DNA of 25,378 bases, taken from the NCBI GenBank assembly GCA_964016885.1, contig CAXHJY010000733.1, positions 1 to 25,378 of the forward strand, in the 5' to 3' direction. Source of the DNA: Eledone cirrhosa. Its lineage: Eukaryota. Both the position numbers and the translations under genes were made by a program. The notes under the pieces were generated by a model. It worked only from the letters and a program-made list of their open reading frames with translations. It was not told the origin of the DNA and did no database searches. Position 1 is the first letter of the stretch. Each line of letters starts with the position of its first letter. Positions 1 through 10,895 of the stretch are shown one piece after another.

Positions 1-470
1 CATCTGTAATTACTGGTACATGTGCAGACACTCATTGGGAGTGTGTGGTGTGATTTTCAGAAAGATATCTCCGATATATCAATAGTTAGCTAACCGAGTG
101 AATTCCATTTTAGACTTTCAGATCGACCTGAAACCATACCTTTCAACCCGATCTGATAGCCAAAATTCTTTGGCGAAATCAGATTTAAAACTGGGTTTTT
201 CGGAATTTCTTTATGAAAATCACACCACACATAGACAAGGGCCTTGCGAACACGATGCACATATGTCCGAATCGATCCGACAAGATCCGGCCGGCCCACG
301 ATCGAAATGGCAATCTCCGCCGGCGATCCGTTATTTTCCGAGAAGATTTCGACACAAATTTTTTTCACCACACATGCACAATGGCCTTCCGAACATGGTC
401 CACAAATTTCCGATCGATCCGGCAAGATCCGGCCGGACCAGGACCGAAAAGGTGATTCCGCCGGCAAATA

Positions 471-1001
471 GTCATTTTCGAATTAGTTTTCTTCGAAGCA
501 CACCATTCGCCGGCGGACTTCAGCTTCCTCATTTAGCATGGGCAGTCTTTCTCGAAAATCACACCACACACGGCAAATGTGTGTCCGCACATGTACCAGT
601 AATTACAGATGGATCCCACCACGGGCGGCTGGCCCACGATCGAAAAGGTTACCCGCCTGCAAACGGTCATTTTCGAATTAGTTTTCTTCGAAGCACACCA
701 TTCGCCGGCGGACTTCAGCTTCCTCATTTAGCATGGGCAGTTCTTCTTGAAAATCACACCACACACAGCAAATGTATGTCCGCACATGTACCAGTAATTA
801 CAGATGGATCCCACCACGGGCGGCTGGCCCACGATCGAAAAGGTTACTCCGCCTGCAAACGGTCATTTTCGAATTAGTTTTCTTCGAAGCACACCATTCG
901 CCGGCGGACTTCAGCTTCCTCATTTAGCATGGGCAGTTTTTCTTGAAAATCACACCACACACAGCAAATGTGTCTCCGCACATGTACCAGTAATTACAGA
1001 T
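471..1001 (+). repeat. ~195-196 bp tandem satellite, ~2.7 copies, with diverged relatives at 1-470
   Basis: GTCATTTTCGAATTAG recurs at 471, 666 and 862. Related sequence lies at 1-70 in the opposite orientation and at ~200-470. Confidence 0.9.
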
Positions 1002-1539
1002 CGATTCCGGTGAAAATTCACTGAAAACGGGCCATCCGGCCCTGTGCGTCGATCGTGGGCCGGCAGGATGTTGACGGATCGATGTGTAATTAGAAGTACA
1101 TGTGCGGACACTCATTGGCTGTGCGCGGTATGCATTTCAGCAAGATATCTCCGTAACATCAAGAGTTGTGGCTGTGGAGGCACACCTAGTCAAACGTAAA
1201 CAAAATCGCGAAGCGTAAACGCTCCAGACCTTGTTTACGTTTGACTAGGTGTGCCTCCACAGCCATAACTCTTGATGTTACGGAGATATCTTGCTGAAAT
1301 GCATACCACGCACAGCCAATGAGTGTCCGCACATGTACTTCTAATTACACATCGATCCGTCAACATCCGGCCGGCCCACGATCGACGCACAGGGCCGGAT
1401 GGCCCGTTTTCAGTGAATTTTCACCGGAATCGATCTGTAATTACTGGTACATGTGCGGACACACATTTGCTGTGTGTGGTGTGATTTTCAAGAAAAACTG
1501 CCCATGCTAAATGAGGAAGCTGAAGTCCGGCGGCGAATG
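895..1539. repeat. Long inverted repeat: 309-bp arms (895-1203 and 1231-1539) with a 27-bp spacer
   Basis: CTAGTCAAACGTAAACAA ends at 1203 and TTGTTTACGTTTGACTAG starts at 1231. The arms stay near-identical out to CATTCG (895) and CGAATG (1539). ORFs 924..1115(-) and 1319..1510(+) mirror each other. Confidence 0.95.
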
Positions 1540-1771
1540 TAACTTAACCGCAACCTAACTTAACCCCAACTTAACTTAACCCCAACCTAACTTAACCCCA
1601 ACCTAACTTAACCCCAACTTAACTTAACCCCAACTTGACTTAACCCCAACTTAACTTAACCTCAACTTAACTTAACCCCAGCTTAACTTAACCCCCACTT
1701 AACTTAACCCCAACTCAACTTAACCTCAACTTAACTCAGCCCCAACTTAACTTAGCCCCAACTTAACTTAG
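1540..1771. repeat. 16-bp minisatellite (CTTAACCCCAACTTAA)n, C-rich and telomere-like, ~14 copies
   Basis: Read directly. The reverse complement is TTAAGTTGGGGTTAAG. Confidence 0.9.
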
Positions 1772-1980
1772 GATATTTAAAAAAAAAACAACCTAAGCAT
1801 ATATACGAACGGCGCTGCGGCTGATAAAAAAAGGAACACGCGCGTTTGTCCCGTCTCCGCCTGTTAGCCGTGCCTGGGACGATGAAAACCACCGCCGAGC
1901 GGACGACGGGCCCGGTCGAGAGAAGCGCTGTTTTCGGAAACCCGCTTCGAAAGCGAACCGGGAATGGTTCGTTTTCCGAC

Positions 1981-2038
1981 CGACCCCGTAAGGATGAAAG
2001 GCAAAGTTAACCTCCTCGGCGTGATTTGAACTCAGACC
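1981..2038 (-). mobile_element. tRNA-derived SINE fragment (octopus-type)
   Basis: CGACCCCGTAAGGATGAAAGGCAAAGTTAACCTC...GATTTGAACTCAG. The reverse complement has a B-box-like GAGTTCAAATC. Nearly identical to 24364-24418. Confidence 0.75.
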
Positions 2039-2039
2039 C

Positions 2040-2170
2040 TAACAACTGATGCAGGTAGTTTGTTCCATGGAGGTTTTAAAAGATGCAGTGTCTCGACAGC
2101 TAACAACTGTTGCAGGTAGCTTGTTCCATGGAGGTTTTAAAGGATGCAGTGTCTCGACAGCTAAGAACTG
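2040..2170. repeat. 61-bp tandem duplication
   Basis: TAACAACTG.TGCAGGTAG.TTGTTCCATGGAGG occurs at 2040 and 2101. Confidence 0.9.
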
Positions 2171-2265
2171 ATTAAATTGTATCATCATAAGTAATAGATA
2201 AAATTTAAAGGGAAATAACTCCGTAAAAAAAAAAAGACGAGGTTATCTCCCTTTGTTATTGCACA

Positions 2266-2326
2266 GTTAACTTTGCCTTTCATCCTTATGGGGGTCGATA
2301 AAATAAAGTACCAGTAATACACTGGC
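2266..2326 (+). mobile_element. SINE core and tail fragment
   Basis: GTTAACTTTGCCTTTCATCCTT..GGGGTCGATAAAATAAAGTACCAGT, the same family as 1981-2038 on the opposite strand. Confidence 0.75.
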
Positions 2327-2327
2327 T

Positions 2328-2460
2328 GGTGAACCCGCTATATCGCGGTTCACTTTTCGCGGATATTTCTTTGGAACGTATCTAATTTCCTATCGCGGTA
2401 ATCCTCGCCACATCGCGGATTATTCGTTAGAACATATCTAGTTACTTATCGCGGTACGTC
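2328..2460. mobile_element. Possible Tigger/pogo-like DNA transposon (MITE) end
   Basis: GTGAACCCGCTATATCGCGGTTCAC plus repeated TCGCGG motifs resemble Tigger-type termini. The partner TIR is not seen. Confidence 0.4.
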
Positions 2461-2526
2461 TGAATAAAAAGTGTTTAAAATTTAAACTTATTAAATAAGT
2501 TTCAATGTTATTAAAGTGTATATCGT

Positions 2527-2580
2527 AAGGAAGGAAGGAAGGAAGGAAGGAAGGAAGGAAGGAAGGAAGGAAGGGAGGGA
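2527..2580. repeat. (AAGG)n microsatellite
   Basis: Read directly. Confidence 0.95.
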
Positions 2581-2755
2581 CATCTTAAGGCTTTAATTAT
2601 AAACAAATGTTTATATTATTCATTCCATTACTGTCTTGCTGATTGTGTTTTGATCTAATCTACTACAAAACCTTCATAGATTGACGGGAGATTTGCAGTG
2701 TATTACCAAGTGGCTACGGTGCAACCCATTTAAACTGATTATTGAAAATATAAGT

Positions 2756-2771
2756 GGCCCTTAAAAGGGCC
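2756..2771 (-). other. Histone-mRNA-like 3' stem-loop with no associated histone gene
   Basis: The minus strand reads GGCCCT-TTTA-AGGGCC-AC, a 6-bp stem with a 4-nt loop as in the histone consensus. No histone CDS is visible upstream. Confidence 0.4.
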
Positions 2772-3184
2772 GGTGTTGAAACAATTCATGGTTATCAAAT
2801 TAAGAAAACAAATTTGTATCACACACAGACACACACACAAAACAGATTGATTACTTTCTCGCGATCGAAGCGGGAAGGCGTGGACGAATAAAGGAACGTT
2901 TGCCCGGGTTCGAGGCGGAAGACGGAAGGCGTCGTGTATACACGCCGTCTTGCCGCCTGTCTTTCCCGGGAGCGACTCGCAAAAGTATGGGTCGGCGGCA
3001 GAACCGCCTAGACGGCGGATTGGATTTCTTTCCGCAGTCTACACACAAAACTTACTTGGAAGACGGATAGGCGGCTTGTATCACATACAGACACACACAC
3101 AAGCTGTGTACACGTAAAACAACGAACCGATCGATCGGCGGCGTCTAACTTTTCTTTTCTTCTCCCTTTCTGGCGCCACGTGGG

Positions 3185-3560
3185 CGGATTGTATCGTTCG
3201 TCAGAAAACTCTCAATAGATTGCAGTGTGGTAGCTGCTCTACTAAGCACGTAACTCCGAACAATTTGATCACTTTAGTCTCTATCTCTTTCAGGAAATCG
3301 AATGGACGACGACGACGACGAATCGTCGTAGTCGTCACAGAATGGCATTTCCGCTGACGCTGCCGCCGTCGGCGAACGGACGGCAATCGCCAAACTAAGG
3401 CATGGGCCTTAAGAAGGTCGAGACGCTTGTCGAAAAACAACTCGGGTCCGGCTAGGGTTCCGGCTTAGAGGAGGCGTTCAGCCGTTATCGCTCAGAGGCA
3501 GCCTAGCAAACCGTTGCTCTGATCCCGCGATACTCTCGTACTCGACGGGATAGCCGTAGC
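3185..3560 (-). pseudogene. 28S rRNA: 28S rRNA 3'-terminal fragment, degenerate
   Basis: Plus-strand CTCTCAATAGATTGCAG..AGCTGCTCTACT (from 3209), CTTAGAG..GCGTTCAG (~3464-3481) and CTCTCGTACT (~3533) match, in the right order, the reverse complement of conserved eukaryotic LSU 3' motifs (TTTCAATAGATCGCAG..AGCTGCTCTGCTAC; CTTAGAGGCGTTCAG; CTCTCGTACTGAG). Confidence 0.85.
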
Positions 3561-3579
3561 CGAGTTGATGTCGATTCGA

Positions 3580-6500
3580 AAATTCTGTCAATTCCTTTAA
3601 GTTTCTGTTTTGCAACAATCATAGTAAAGCCCGGAACCAACTATCCACCGGGCATGGATCGCAACTTCCAGACAAACGTTCTTTCGAATACGAATGTCTC
3701 GTTCGAATATTTGCTACTACCACCGAGATATTTTTCTTTCGCATACGAATGTCTCGTTCAAATATTTGCTACTACCACCGAGATCTTTTCTTTCGCATAC
3801 GAATATTTGCTACTACCACCGAGATATTTTTTTTTCGACTCACTGACTCACCAGTTTCCAGACAAACGTTCTTTCGGATACGAATGTCTCGTTCGTTATC
3901 GGAATCAAGCAGACGCATCGCCCCCTCTCCGGAATCGCAAATTCTGTCAATCCCTTTAAGTTTCTGTTTTGCAACAATCATAGTAAAACCCGGAACCAAC
4001 TATCCACCGAGCATGGATCGCCACTTCCAGACAAACGTTCTTTCGCATACGAATGTCTCGTTCGAATATTTGCTACTACCACCGACAAACGTTCTTTCGC
4101 ATACGAATGTCTCGTTCGAATATTTGCTACTACCACCGATAAACGTTCTTTCGCATACGAATGTCTCGTTCGAATATTTGCTACTACCACCGAGATATTT
4201 TTTTTTTCGACTCACTGACTCACCAGTTTCCAGACAAACGTTCTTTCGGATACGAATGTCTCGTTCGTTATCGGAATCAAGCAGACGGATCGCCCCCTCT
4301 CCGGAATCGCAAATTCTGTCAATCCCTTTAAGTTTCTGTTTTGCAACAATCATAGTAAAACCCGGAACCAACTATCCACCGGGCATGGATCGCCACTTCC
4401 AGACAAACGTTCTTTCGCATACGAATGTCTCGTTCGAATATTTGCTACTACCACCGAGATATTTTTCTTTCGCATACGAATGTCTCGTTCGAATATTTGC
4501 TACTACCACCGAGATATTTTTTTTTTCGACTCACTGACTCACCAGTTTCCAGACAAACGTTCTTTCGGATACGAATGTCTCGTTCGTTATCGGAATCAAG
4601 CAGACGGATCGCCCTCTCTCCGGAATCGCAAATTCTGTCAATCCCTTTAAGTTTTTGTTTTGCAACAATCATAGTAAAACCCGGAACCAACTATCCACCG
4701 GGCATGGATCGCCACTTCCAGACAAACGTTCTTTCGCATACGAATGTCTCGTTCGAATATTTGCTACTACCACCGACAAACGTTCTTTCGCATACGAATG
4801 TCTCGTTCGAATATTTGCTACTACCACCGACAAACGTTCTTTCGCATACGAATGTCTCGTTCGAATATTTGCTACTACCACCGAGATATTTTTTTTTCGA
4901 CTCACTGACTCACCAGTTTCCAGACAAACGTTCTTTCGGATACGAATGTCTCGTTCGTTATCGGAATCAAGCAGACGGATCGCCCTCTCTCCGGAATCGC
5001 AAATTCTGTCAATCCCTTTAAGTTTTTGTTTTGCAACAATCATAGTAAAACCCGGAACCAACTATCCACCGGGCATGGATCGCCACTTCCAGACAAACGT
5101 TCTTTCGCATACGAATGTCTCGTTCGAATATTTGCTACTACCACCGACAAACGTTCTTTCGCATACGAATGTCTCGTTCGAATATTTGCTACTACCACCG
5201 ACAAACGTTCTTTCGCATACGAATGTCTCGTTCGAATATTTGCTACTACCACCGAGATATTTTTCTTTCGCCTACGAATGTCTCGTTCGAATATTTGCTA
5301 CTACCACCGAGATCTTTTCTTTCGCATACGAATATTTGCTACTACCACCGAGATATTTTTTTTTCGACTCACTGACTCACCAGTTTCCAGACAAACGTTC
5401 TTTCGGATACGAATGTCTCGTTCGTTATCGGAATCAAGCAGACGGATCGCCCTCTCTCCGGAATCGCAAATTCTGTCAATCCCTTTAAGTTTCTGTTTTG
5501 CAACAATCATAGTAAAACCCGGAACCAACTATCCACCGGGCATGGATCGCCACTTCCAGACAAACGTTCTTTCGCATACGAATGTCTCGTTCGAATATTT
5601 GCTACTACCACCGACAAACGTTCTTTCGCATACGAATGTCTCGTTCGAATATTTGCTACTACCACCGACAAACGTTCTTTCGCATACGAATGTCTCGTTC
5701 GAATATTTGCTACTACCACCGAGATATTTTTCTTTCGCCTACGAATGTCTCGTTCGAATATTTGCTACTACCACCGAGATATTTTTTTTTCGACTCACCA
5801 GTTTCCAGACAAACGTTCTTTCGGATACGAATGTCTCGTTCGTTATCGGAATCAAGCAGACGGATCGCCCCCTCTCCGGAATCGCAAATTCTGTCAATCC
5901 CTTTAAGTTTCTGTTTTGCAACAATCATAGTAAAACCCGGAACCAACTATCCACCGGGCATGGATCGCCACTTCCAGACAAACGTTCTTTCGCATACGAA
6001 TGTCTCGTTCGAATATTTGCTACTACCACCGACAAACGTTCTTTCGCATACGAATGTCTCGTTCGAATATTTGCTACTACCACCGAGATATTTTTTTTTC
6101 GACTCACTGACTCACCAGTTTCCAGACAAACGTTCTTTCGGATACGAATGTCTCGTTCGTTATCGGAATCAAGCAGACGGATCGCCCCCTCTCCGGAATC
6201 GCAAATTCTGTCAATCCCTTTAAGTTTCTGTTTTGCAACAATCATAGTAAAACCCGGAACCAACTATCCACCGAGCATGGATCGCCACTTCCAGACAAAC
6301 GTTCTTTCGCATACGAATGTCTCGTTCGAATATTTGCTACTACCACCGACAAACGTTCTTTCGCATACGAATGTCTCGTTCGAATATTTGCTACTACCAC
6401 CGACAAACGTTCTTTCGCATACGAATGTCTCGTTCGAATATTTGCTACTACCACCGAGATATTTTTCTTTCGCCTACGAATGTCTCGTTCGAATATTTGC

Positions 6501-9500
6501 TACTACCACCGAGATATTTTTTTTTCGACTCACCAGTTTCCAGACAAACGTTCTTTCGGATACGAATGTCTCGTTCGTTATCGGAATCAAGCAGACGGAT
6601 CGCCCCCTCTCCGGAATCGCAAATTCTGTCAATCCCTTTAAGTTTCTGTTTTGCAACAATCATAGTAAAACCCGGAACCAACTATCCACCGGGCATGGAT
6701 CGCCACTTCCAGACAAACGTTCTTTCGCATACGAATGTCTCGTTCGAATATTTGCTACTACCACCGACAAACGTTCTTTCGCATACGAATGTCTCGTTCG
6801 AATATTTGCTACTACCACCGAGATATTTTTTTTTCGACTCACTGACTCACCAGTTTCCAGACAAACGTTCTTTCGGATACGAATGTCTCGTTCGTTATCG
6901 GAATCAAGCAGACGGATCGCCCCCTCTCCGGAATCGCAAATTCTGTCAATCCCTTTAAGTTTCTGTTTTGCAACAATCATAGTAAAACCCGGAACCAACT
7001 ATCCACCGAGCATGGATCGCCACTTCCAGACAAACGTTCTTTCGCATACGAATGTCTCGTTCGAATATTTGCTACTACCACCGACAAACGTTCTTTCGCA
7101 TACGAATGTCTCGTTCGAATATTTGCTACTACCACCGACAAACGTTCTTTCGCATACGAATGTCTCGTTCGAATATTTGCTACTACCACCGAGATATTTT
7201 TCTTTCGCCTACGAATGTCTCGTTCGAATATTTGCTACTACCACCGAGATATTTTTTTTTCGACTCACCAGTTTCCAGACAAACGTTCTTTCGGATACGA
7301 ATGTCTCGTTCGTTATCGGAATCAAGCAGACGGATCGCCCCCTCTCCGGAATCGCAAATTCTGTCAATCCCTTTAAGTTTCTGTTTTGCAACAATCATAG
7401 TAAAACCCGGAACCAACTATCCACCGGGCATGGATCGCCACTTCCAGACAAACGTTCTTTCGCATACGAATGTCTCGTTCGAATATTTGCTACTACCACC
7501 GACAAACGTTCTTTCGCATACGAATGTCTCGTTCGAATATTTGCTACTACCACCGAGATATTTTTTTTTCGACTCACTGACTCACCAGTTTCCAGACAAA
7601 CGTTCTTTCGGATACGAATGTCTCGTTCGTTATCGGAATCAAGCAGACGGATCGCCCCCTCTCCGGAATCGCAAATTCTGTCAATCCCTTTAAGTTTCTG
7701 TTTTGCAACAATCATAGTAAAACCCGGAACCAACTATCCACCGAGCATGGATCGCCACTTCCAGACAAACGTTCTTTCGCATACGAATGTCTCGTTCGAA
7801 TATTTGCTACTACCACCGACAAACGTTCTTTCGCATACGAATGTCTCGTTCGAATATTTGCTACTACCACCGAGATATTTTTTTTTTCGACTCACTGACT
7901 CACCAGTTTCCAGACAAACGTTCTTTCGGATACGAATGTCTCGTTCGTTATCGGAATCAAGCAGACGGATCGCCCCCTCTCCGGAATCGCAAATTCTGTC
8001 AATCCCTTTAAGTTTCTGTTTTGCAACAATCATAGTAAAACCTGGAACCAACTATCCACCGAGCATGGATCGCCACTTCCAGACAAACGTTCTTTCGCAT
8101 ACGAATGTCTCGTTCGAATATTTGCTACTACCACCGACAAACGTTCTTTCGCATACGAATGTCTCGTTCGAATATTTGCTACTACCACCGAGATATTTTT
8201 TTTTCGACTCACTGACTCACCAGTTTCCAGACAAACGTTCTTTCGGATACGAATGTCTCGTTCGTTATCGGAATCAAGCAGACGGATCGCCCTCTCTCCG
8301 GAATCGCAAATTCTGTCAATCCCTTTAAGTTTCTGTTTTGCAACAATCATAGTAAAACCCGGAACCAACTATCCACCGGGCATGGATCGCCACTTCCAGA
8401 CAAACGTTCTTTCGCATACGAATGTCTCGTTCGAATATTTGCTACTACCACCGACAAACGTTCTTTCGCATACGAATGTCTCGTTCGAATATTTGCTACT
8501 ACCACCGACAAACGTTCTTTCGCATACGAATGTCTCGTTCGAATATTTGCTACTACCACCGAGATATTTTTCTTTCGCCTACGAATGTCTCGTTCGAATA
8601 TTTGCTACTACCACCGAGATCTTTTCTTTCGCATACGAATATTTGCTACTACCACCGAGATATTTTTTTTTCGACTCACCAGTTTCCAGACAAACGTTCT
8701 TTCGGATACGAATGTCTCGTTCGTTATCGGAATCAAGCAGACGGATCGCCCCCTCTCCGGAATCGCAAATTCTGTCAATCCCTTTAAGTTTCTGTTTTGC
8801 AACAATCATAGTAAAACCCGGAACCAACTATCCACCGAGCATGGATCGCCACTTCCAGACAAACGTTCTTTCGCATACGAATGTCTCGTTCGAATATTTG
8901 CTACTACCACCGACAAACGTTCTTTCGCATACGAATGTCTCGTTCGAATATTTGCTACTACCACCGAGATATTTTTTTTTCGACTCACTGACTCACCAGT
9001 TTCCAGACAAACGTTCTTTCGGATACGAATGTCTCGTTCGTTATCGGAATCAAGCAGACGGATCGCCCTCTCTCCGGAATCGCAAATTCTGTCAATCCCT
9101 TTAAGTTTCTGTTTTGCAACAATCATAGTAAAACCCGGAACCAACTATCCACCGGGCATGGATCGCCACTTCCAGACAAACGTTCTTTCGCATACGAATG
9201 TCTCGTTCGAATATTTGCTACTACCACCGACAAACGTTCTTTCGCATACGAATGTCTCGTTCGAATATTTGCCACTACCACCGAGATATTTTTTTTTCGA
9301 CTCACTGACTCACCAGTTTCCAGACAAACGTTCTTTCGGATACGAATGTCTCGTTCGTTATCGGAATCAAGCAGACGGATCGCCCCCTCTCCGTAATCGC
9401 AAATTCTGTCAATCCCTTTAAGTTTCTGTTTTGCAACAATCATAGTAAAACCCGGAACCAACTATCCACCGGGCATGGATCGCCACTTCCAGACAAACGT

Positions 9501-10345
9501 TCTTTCGCATACGAATGTCTCGTTCGAATATTTGCTACTACCACCGACAAACGTTCTTTCGCATACGAATGTCTCGTTCGAATATTTGCTACTACCACCG
9601 AGATATTTTTTTTTCGACTCACTGACTCACCAGTTTCCAGACAAACGTTCTTTCGGATACGAATGTCTCGTTCGTTATCGGAATCAAGCAGACGGATCGC
9701 CCCCTCTCCGTAATCGCAAATTCTGTCAATCCCTTTAAGTTTCTGTTTTGCAACAATCATAGTAAAACCCGGAACCAACTATCCACCGGGCATGGATCGC
9801 CACTTCCAGACAAACGTTCTTTCGCATACGAATGTCTCGTTCGAATATTTGCTACTACCACCGACAAACGTTCTTTCGCATACGAATGTCTCGTTCGAAT
9901 ATTTGCTACTACCACCGAGATATTTTTTTTTCGACTCACTGACTCACCAGTTTCCAGACAAACGTTCTTTCGGATACGAATGTCTCGTTCGTTATCGGAA
10001 TCAAGCAGACGGATCGCCCTCTCTCCGGAATCGCAAATTCTGTCAATCCCTTTAAGTTTCTGTTTTGCAACAATCATAGTAAAACCCGGAACCAACTATC
10101 CACCGGGCATGGATCGCCACTTCCAGACAAACGTTCTTTCGCATACGAATGTCTCGTTCGAATATTTGCTACTACCACCGACAAACGTTCTTTCGCATAC
10201 GAATGTCTCGTTCGAATATTTGCTACTACCACCGAGATATTTTTTTTTCGACTCACTGACTGCACCAGTTTCCAGACAAACGTTCTTTCGGATACGAATG
10301 TCTCGTTCGTTATCGGAATCAAGCAGACGGATCGCTCCCTCTCCG
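3580..10345 (-). repeat. rRNA-derived tandem satellite, ~19 monomers of 317-467 bp with an internal 54-bp subrepeat
   Basis: The anchor GGAACCAA ends at 3640, 3999, 4371, 4690, 5061, 5528, 5946, 6263, 6681, 6998, 7416, 7733, 8051, 8368, 8827, 9144, 9461, 9778 and 10095. The minus strand carries 18S motifs (GATTCCGGAGAGGG; ATTCCGATAACGAACGAGAC; GGTTCCGGG..GTTGCAAA..GAAACTTAAAGG(A/G)ATTGAC) and the 28S motif ATCTCGGTGGTAGTAGCAAATATTC. Confidence 0.93.
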
Positions 10346-10538
10346 ATCTCAATTGCATGTATTAGCTCTAGAATTGCCACAGTTATCCTCTCCTCGCGGT
10401 GAGGAATACGGTCCCGAGGATTAGATCCGGTTCCTGAGCCATTCGCGGTTTCACCATTTTCGTTTACGGCATGAACTTCCACTTGCATGGCTTAAGCTTT
10501 GAGACAAGCATATGACTACTGGCAGGATCACCCAGGTA
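10346..10538 (-). pseudogene. 18S rRNA: 18S rRNA 5'-terminal fragment (~190 nt)
   Basis: From 10538 the minus strand reads TACCTGGGTGATCCTGCCAGTAGTCATATGCTTGTCTCAAAGCTTAAGCCATGCA...GGTGAAACCGCGAATGGCTCA...GGATAACTGTGGCAATTCTAGAGCTAATACATGC, the canonical eukaryotic SSU start. Confidence 0.95.
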
Positions 10539-10895
10539 TCTTCCGCACGAAACAAAACAACGACGACCGAGAACCGAAGCGCGTTCGATGTTGGCGTTAA
10601 ACGAGGAGTAATTTGCGTTGCTCCAGCGGTAACGACGCAACGCGAGATCAGCGGCATGACCTGACCGGGTCCACGACGAAAAGCCGAACGAAACCTTCGT
10701 CGCAGCAAGGAAGAGTAAGCGCGTCGTAGATCGTCGTCAATCGCAGTGCATTTAGGCGTTTCTCCTGCATTAAAATGACGGCTATTACGACGGACGAGTA
10801 CCTACTGCTGTGACGGCGGAAAGGCGGTTGTTCGGAAGGCGGATAATCGTCGAGGATCGGCGAAAAGGCTACAGACTTTTACGTCGCCCGAACCG
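10539..10895 (-). other. Putative 5' external transcribed spacer remnant
   Basis: GC-rich sequence directly upstream of the 18S start. Homologous to 18310-18975. Confidence 0.6.

Noticed and set aside
98-877. 259-aa ORF
   Set aside because: It reads through the 195-bp satellite, starts at a non-ATG codon, and shows no recognisable homology.
2851-3048. Histone CDS upstream of the stem-loop
   Set aside because: The translation is basic but has no recognisable H1, H2A, H2B, H3 or H4 motif.
5026-8328. 1100-aa ORF and the other ORFs in the satellite
   Set aside because: The translation cycles through all three frames of the same rRNA-derived repeat and has no domain signature. The ORF is an artefact of monomer lengths.
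3660-10345. CRISPR-like array
   Set aside because: The intervening sequences are identical rather than unique spacers, there are no cas genes, and the context is eukaryotic.
3185-10538. Functional rRNA genes
   Set aside because: Only termini and scrambled short motifs remain. 5.8S and most of the core are absent, and conserved positions are altered.
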